Assembly (NCBI GenBank): GCA_965287045.1
Contig: OZ336870.1
Location: 158,286,001-158,350,000, forward strand
Origin: Carcharhinus amblyrhynchos
Lineage: Eukaryota
DNA length: 64,000 bases
Direction of reading: 5' to 3'
In this document: piece after piece, positions 58,228 through 64,000 of the stretch
Position numbering within the stretch: the first letter of the stretch is position 1
Layout: every line of letters starts with the position of its first letter
Notes under the pieces: generated by a model
Told to the model about the DNA's origin: nothing
The model's input: the letters and a program-made list of their open reading frames with translations, nothing else
Database searches by the model: none
Program-made: the position numbers and the translations under genes

Positions 58228-59057
58228 ATCATAGAATCATAGAAACCCTACAGTGCGGAAAAAGGCCATTTGGCCCATTGAGTCTGCACCGACCACAATC
58301 CCACCCAGGCCCTACCCCCATATCCCTACATATTTTACCCACTAATCCCTCTAACCTATGCATCTCCGGACACTAAGGGGCAATTTAGCATGGCCGATCA
58401 TCATAACCCACACATTTTTGGACTGTGGGAGGAAACCGGAGCAGGCTGTATGATTAATATTTTTTGTCTTTATTCCACAGGTGGAGGTCCACCTCGTGTC
58501 AAGCGAGGGGCATGCACACGGCGGGTCGTGCGTGGGCTGCTCTTGGAAGTCCAGGAGTGGCCTAGTACTTCATGTCGGTGTGTGTGCTTGATCCTGGACC
58601 GATAGACGGGCGCCGCAACAGCTCAGTGACTAGCACTGCTGGCTGTGCAGATACATGGATTTGGGCCTGTGTCTGTGGGAGTTTGCGCATTCTCCCTGTG
58701 GTTGCGTGGGTTTCCTCCGGGCGCTCCGGTTTCCTCCCACACCCCAAAGATGTGCTCTTAGGCTAATCGGTTTCTACCAAATTGACACTATTTCTTCCCT
58801 GAATCTGACTGAGTAGGGTCCCATTCGTAGACATGCAGGGTAGAATAGGTGTAGGGTGATGCGGCGGCGCGGGCTCGTTGGGCCGAAGGGCCTGTTTCCC
58901 GTGCTGGGTTGTTCTTTGTTCTTTGTTCTTTATCCAGAGGAAACCCACGCATACATGAGGAGGATGTGCAAATTCCGCACAGTGAACCAAGCTGGGAATC
59001 GAACCCAGGTCGCTGGAGATGTGAAGCAGCAGTGCTAACCATTGTGCTACTGTGCCA
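58228..59057 (-). mobile_element. HE1/V-SINE split by a ~490-bp plus-strand insertion
   Basis: GGAGGAAACCGGAGCA (to 58443) continues as CCAGAGGAAACCCACGC (from about 58934). Confidence 0.85.
58444..58931 (+). mobile_element. CpG-rich composite retroposon (unknown 5' segment, atypical V-SINE, CR1-like tail)
   Basis: V domain at about 58665-58790; tail GGGCCGAAGGGCCTGTTTCC…(GTTCTTT)3; unexplained 58444-58605. Confidence 0.7.
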
Positions 59058-59469
59058 CATTAAAATGACTTTAGTCTGGTTGTGATCCCAAAATGGGGCC
59101 AAATGGAATGGGACACATCATGCAAAATGGCCACTGAGTGGCACAAGGCAGAAGTTCTGCTTCTGTGTCTTCTAGCAACCAGATCGCAGGAGACAGGGAA
59201 GGGTGTGGAGTAGGAAATCCACCTGCCCTTATTAAAAAGCCCAAGGTCAAACCTTGAAGGATTTTCAGTAGGGGAGGCGGGTTGGAAACTGCAATCCTGC
59301 CAAGTGAATAGAGGTGTGTATGGCCATGGACACGTGTATGGCAGTGCACGAGGCCAGGAATCTTTTTGAAAGTTAAGTTACAGGAGCATTAGGGGCCTAT
59401 GGTTGTCATTGGAGGCAGATTATCACTGAGTTAAGGAAGAGCATAGAGAGAGAGACAACTCTACACTGG

Positions 59470-59607
59470 GGCCAGAATTCTCTGTCCATTCACACCAGCA
59501 GGATTCTCTGGTCCCACTGCCGTGAACAGAGATTTGGCTGGACGCCAAATTCTCTTGTCCTCACTTGCAGCAGTAGCGGGTCGTGAATGGACAGAGTATT
59601 CCGTCCA
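59470..59607. mobile_element. MITE with 24-bp TIRs
   Basis: GGCCAGAATTCTCTGTCCATTCAC vs GTGAATGGACAGAGTATTCCGTCC (21/24 complementary). Confidence 0.75.
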
Positions 59608-59789
59608 GAAGCACCACATTTTGGAATACCATTGATTTTGACGGGCCAGCTCAAATCTGCATTTTTAAGTGAACCTTAGTTGAATGCAAACCTCTTGTCA
59701 ATTCTTACAAGGGATTGTCAGAACTCTTGAAAAAAAATAAAGGATGAGGCAAGCCCTTCCGCTGACCTGCTCTGAAGACCGTCCTGCCT

Positions 59790-59988
59790 CAGAATCATAG
59801 AATTATAGAACCCTACAGTGCAGAAAGAGGCCCTTCAGCCCATCGAGTCTGCACCGACCACAATTCCACCCAGGCCCTACCCCATATCCCCACATATTTT
59901 ACCCGCTAATCCCTCTAACCTAAGCATCCCAGGACACCAAGGGGCAATTTTAGCACGGCCGATCAACCTAACCCGCACATCTTTGGAC
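59790..59988 (-). mobile_element. HE1/V-SINE 3' half
   Basis: Very similar to 58228-58425. Confidence 0.85.
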
Positions 59989-60837
59989 ATCTCAGGTCTG
60001 TTGATTGAGTCAGCTGACCTGGCTCCAGCAGAAAGTGGCACTTTCACCCAGGAAATTCCTTCTCCCACATCTAGACAATGAAGCCGGGATTGCAAAGATG
60101 GGATTAATCCTGCTTTCTGATTCCCAACCTGACATGAAAATCTATCTGGAGATTTTTGTTTTCTCTCCTGTTAATTCTTCACGGCGCTATGATATGACAT
60201 AAAGCTTTCTTTTCTTCTCTCTTCCTCCCACCTAGCACCACATGCTGATATCTGGCAATGCTTAGCCAAATGGCCAAATTCGATGCCATTGTCCGAAGGC
60301 CTCTTACCACACACTTCCATCACAGCTGAGTGAGGCTGTTCATTCCAGAGCAGCAGGATGTGTGACAATGTAACTCATTGTCAGGTATGACAGCAATATC
60401 TAAGCGCTATTTCAAGAACTCGAGTAAGCCTGTCTTCTACCAATACTTTTCTCTGCAATGACTTTCCTTTCAAACTTCAGACAAAGCAATCCTTTAATGG
60501 ATCATGGAGAAACCCATCAATGTGATGTTTTGCATGGTTTATTCAGTTGCCACCAATCCAGCAACATCTTCAGTATCTCTTGCCCTCCTCAAATGTAATC
60601 TGTTCCACAACTAATTTTAGGCTCTTGATCGTTTGGACCAACTGGACGTATGTTTGGACTTTGGGCCAGGAATGATCAGATTCATAATTAATGTGGTAAA
60701 AACACAAATTGTTTCCTTTTTGGAATTGATTACATGTTGGTTTACCTCAAAATAAAAATTCTTTCTCCTACTTATTTCAGTTCCATCCCACTTGATGCTC
60801 TACATTTTTTCTAACTAATGCCAATATTTGCTGAGGA

Positions 60838-61258
60838 CAAAGAAGCCCATTTGATTGGCGCTACATCAACAAATATTCTCTCCCTCCACCACCAACACTC
60901 AGTAGCAGCAGTGTGTACAATCTACAAGATGCAGTGCAGGAATTCACAAAAAATCCTTAGATTGCAACTTCCAAACGCAGGACCACTTCCAGTTAGAAGG
61001 GCAGCAGATACAGGGAACACCACCACCTGCAAGTTCCCCTCCAAGCCATTCACCATGACGACTTGGAAATGTATCACAATTCCTTCGCAGTCACTGGGTC
61101 AAAATCCTGGAATTCCCCCCCTGTGGGTCAACCCACAGCACGTGGGCTGCAGCGATTCAAGGAGGCAGCTCATCACCACCTTCTCAAGGACAACTAGGGA
61201 TGGGCAATAAATGCTGGTCAGCCAGCGATGCCCATGTCCCACAAATGAATAAAAAAAA
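60838..61258 (+). mobile_element. CR1/L2-superfamily LINE 3' fragment
   Basis: LIGATSTNILSLHHQHSVAAVCTIYKM…GNTTTCKFPSKP; tail GGATGGGCAATAAATGCTGG…AATAAAAAAA. Confidence 0.83.
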
Positions 61259-62413
61259 GGAATGGTGGCAAAGTGACGAGGTCCATAACTCATTTTTTAT
61301 CTTTATGCTGACCTTTACCCTTTTCTCCATTGTTATATCCAAATAATGGTTATAACTAACTGATTTTATTGTCAGACCTTAATAATCCCAACGAAGGATG
61401 CTAATGCGTTAACACCATCCATCACCAAGGTGCTCTGTCCTTTATAGGTGTCACACAAAGTAGGCCCAACCTTGGCAACAGTACAGCAAGGTGAGTGAGT
61501 GCTTCCTCCAGAGATAACAAAATCTAGTCAAAGAGACGCTTTCAGCAGAGCTCATGTGGTAAATACTCTGCGCTGGGAAATCTAAAAAATGCCTTCAGTC
61601 TTATTTTATATTTTCTTTTCCGTCTCTGGTGCTCTGCGTCTGTTCAGTGTTGACGTCTCTGTCTCCAGCCCAGAATTCACATGGAGGCAAAATGTTTTGT
61701 GTGCAATCCATCCAGGCTGCAATTCCACAGCCCACTAGCCTGCTCTCTTGCTGAGAGTGCTGTTGAAGCTCCTACTGCAAGAAAGGCAGGCAATCAGCTC
61801 ATTAGAAGTGTCCTCAGCTACTGAATAAGTGTTCCAGCAGTCAGTGAGGTAGCATTTAATAGGGAAGTTCTGTTCCAGTATGAGTGATGCTGTGTTAACG
61901 GCATTGAACCCACACGAGAGGAACAGTCATACAGCTGAGGAACAATGAGTCTCCAAAGTGATTTGTATCAGTGGATTACATGTCAGGTTGGAAATTGTGT
62001 CTTTATTGTAACTGCAGACCATGGGAGTGCTGGCTGAACCAAAAGGATGAAGTTTCTTCAGCAAACACAATCAGTCATAAAATATTAGACACTCTCGTAA
62101 TATTCCCCTTTTAACCGTGCGGCCCTACTTAATATTCCATGAAGAGCTGGGATGTTCTAAGGACTATGCAGCTTTGCAGAAAAATTGGAACTGGTTTCTG
62201 CTTATTTTAGTGATGGTCCTTGCCGAAATCTTGCTCACTGTATCATTGACAAATCTCTCTCTGTCCTTGTCTGCTTGTCTTTAAATGTAAGATGCTGGGT
62301 GATAAAGGCTTGGTGTAGCAGGGCGAGAAGGGAGGTGATGGGGCTTGTATCATTGAGTGGCTCCCTTCCCCAAACATTCACCCTTTCCCAACCCCTTGCT
62401 TTCACAAGAGTTT

Positions 62414-63110
62414 TGGGCTGAATTTTATGGCAGGCAGTGAGGTGGAGGGGAGGGCATATAAAATGGGTTGGATGCCAATCCCACTACCTTTCATTCCTAT
62501 TACTAATCTCTTTGCTACCTTCTCCCCCACCCCATATGGGGGAGGGGGGAGCATGCAGGCGCGTGCGGAAATCAGCAATCCGCCCATCGTATTTAAATTA
62601 GAAACTAAGAATCAATTAGGCTTGTTATCAAGGGAGAAAAAGGGAGTCATTCTTCGGGGGCTGCCCTTTGCTGATTGTAAGTCAGTCGCCCCTTATACTG
62701 AAACTCCCCCTCCTTGCTATCTGCTCCTCCCCCCCCTCCCCCACCACCCCGTCCTCCTCCCTGCCCACATCGCTCTTCTCCCTAATGCACCCACACCCTC
62801 CTGGCCCAAAACCCAGGGCCTACCTGCTCTGGAAGCCTATGGGGTCCTCTCTTCAGCTCCAGTCTCGGCAGCTGCCACTGATAATTCCCTGGCGCTGCTG
62901 GGACTCATGAAACTGCTAGCCAATCAGCAACTTCAAAGGTGGGATCTGCCCAACCACGAGCAGGAGTCTGACTCCGACCTCATTAGTTCTCCCCAAGCAC
63001 TTTCGTGGCTGTGGGACAGGTCAGCGTGGAGCATGCTGGCTCCAGGCCAATGTGGTTTCCACAGAGGGAGGCATTCACCTACACTTCTCCCCTCCCCCCC
63101 CTTCCCCACA
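62414..63110. mobile_element. GC-rich non-autonomous DNA-transposon-like remnant
   Basis: Starts GGGCTGAATTTTA (same terminus type as the MITEs); internal similarity to 52557-52880. Confidence 0.45.
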
Positions 63111-63149
63111 CCCTGCTGTATATTATTATGTCCGGGAACAGGTGTGAGG

Positions 63150-63620
63150 CATTTGGCTCCTTTGGCCTATTTCACCACTTATCAAGAGTATGACTTATCA
63201 CGTACCTTCTGTACTATCTCTATATCCCTGAATGGACTCTGTCCCAATAATCCATCAACGCCTGTCTTGAAACTGCTCAACTGAGCATCCACAGCTCTTT
63301 AGGGTAGATTTATAATCCCCTGGTGAAGAAGTTTATTTTCATCTCAATCATCTCAATCCTAAATAACCAACCCTTTAATATGAGTGTGTGACCCTGTGGT
63401 CTACATTCCTCAGCCAGGATAATCATCTTCCCTGTCAAGTCCTTCATAATTATTTTATGCTCAGTTCGGTCACTTCCCTTTCTTCCTAAATTGGCCTGGT
63501 CTTCTCAATATCTTACTGTAGGCCAATCCAATTAATCCAGTCTAATGACATTTTGCACTCCACCAGAGCCACTATGTTCTTTCTTAGATAAGGAGACTAA
63601 AGCAGCCCACTTTATTCTCA
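63150..63620 (-). mobile_element. Old CR1 fragment
   Basis: GAGCATCCACAGCTCTTTAGGGTAGA…GTGAAGAAGTTTATTTTCATCTCA…CTAAATAACCAACCCTTTAAT. Confidence 0.6.
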
Positions 63621-63624
63621 CCCC

Positions 63625-63850
63625 TTCCAAAAACATTCACTCCCTCCACCACCACCGCACAGTAGCAGCTGTGTGTACCATTTAAAAGATCTTCCAAATC
63701 TATGACTGGATTATCATGGACAGTCCATGACTGTCTCCATCTAGAAGGACATGCTGTGAAATTGCTCAGCAAACCATTCAGTTGAAGGCAGTTAGGGACA
63801 GGCAGCAAATGCTGGCCAAGCCAGCAATGCCCACATTCTATGAACAAATA
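63625..63850 (+). mobile_element. CR1/L2-superfamily LINE 3' fragment, deleted
   Basis: AAACATTCACTCCCTCCACCACC…GTAGCAGCTGTGTGTACCAT; tail GGCAGCAAATGCTGGCC. Confidence 0.7.
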
Positions 63851-64000
63851 TTAAAAAAAATCAAACCATGGTTGATCTGCACCATTTGAGAAGTATCTTT
63901 CTATTGCTTCATCCAAATCGGTAGTAAATGTGGTAAAATGTTGAGCCCACAAAACCAATCTCTGGGGAATGCCACTTGTTACGTGCCATCAATCAGAGTA

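Noticed and set aside
1135-59102. Many recurring 60-100-aa ORFs (…HCLCGVCTFSPCLRGFP…, …SLHILPVSAWVSSG…)
   Set aside because: Translations of V-SINE copies, not a protein family.
62427-63284. 285-aa ORF
   Set aside because: Runs across a GC-rich transposon-like remnant into a decayed CR1; no recognisable protein motifs.

Overview
Eukaryotic, repeat-rich non-coding DNA, most likely from a shark (inferred from its repeat families). No host protein-coding gene can be supported. The only protein-like ORFs are fragments of retroelements: CR1 RT, a CR1/L2-like LINE, Rex1/Babar, and Penelope RT and GIY-YIG. The window holds about 30 HE1/V-SINE-type copies with two alternative tails, other SINEs, MITEs, a G-rich minisatellite, a tRNA-Leu pseudogene, a 100-N gap, several local duplications and repeat-poor islands that may be enhancers. 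Three observations stand out. (1) A ~290-bp retroposon with a U2 snRNA head, a second internal U2 fragment, AATAAA/poly(A) and a target-site duplication (49755-50070, minus). (2) Four short palindromic Penelope-derived insertions with TSDs, three of them carrying minimal hammerhead-ribozyme motifs on their arms, plus longer Penelope 3' ends (GIY-YIG + hammerhead) of two families. (3) A CpG-rich composite retroposon nested in a SINE (58444-58931). Repeat boundaries were read by eye and are approximate; family names come from recalled consensus features, not database searches.
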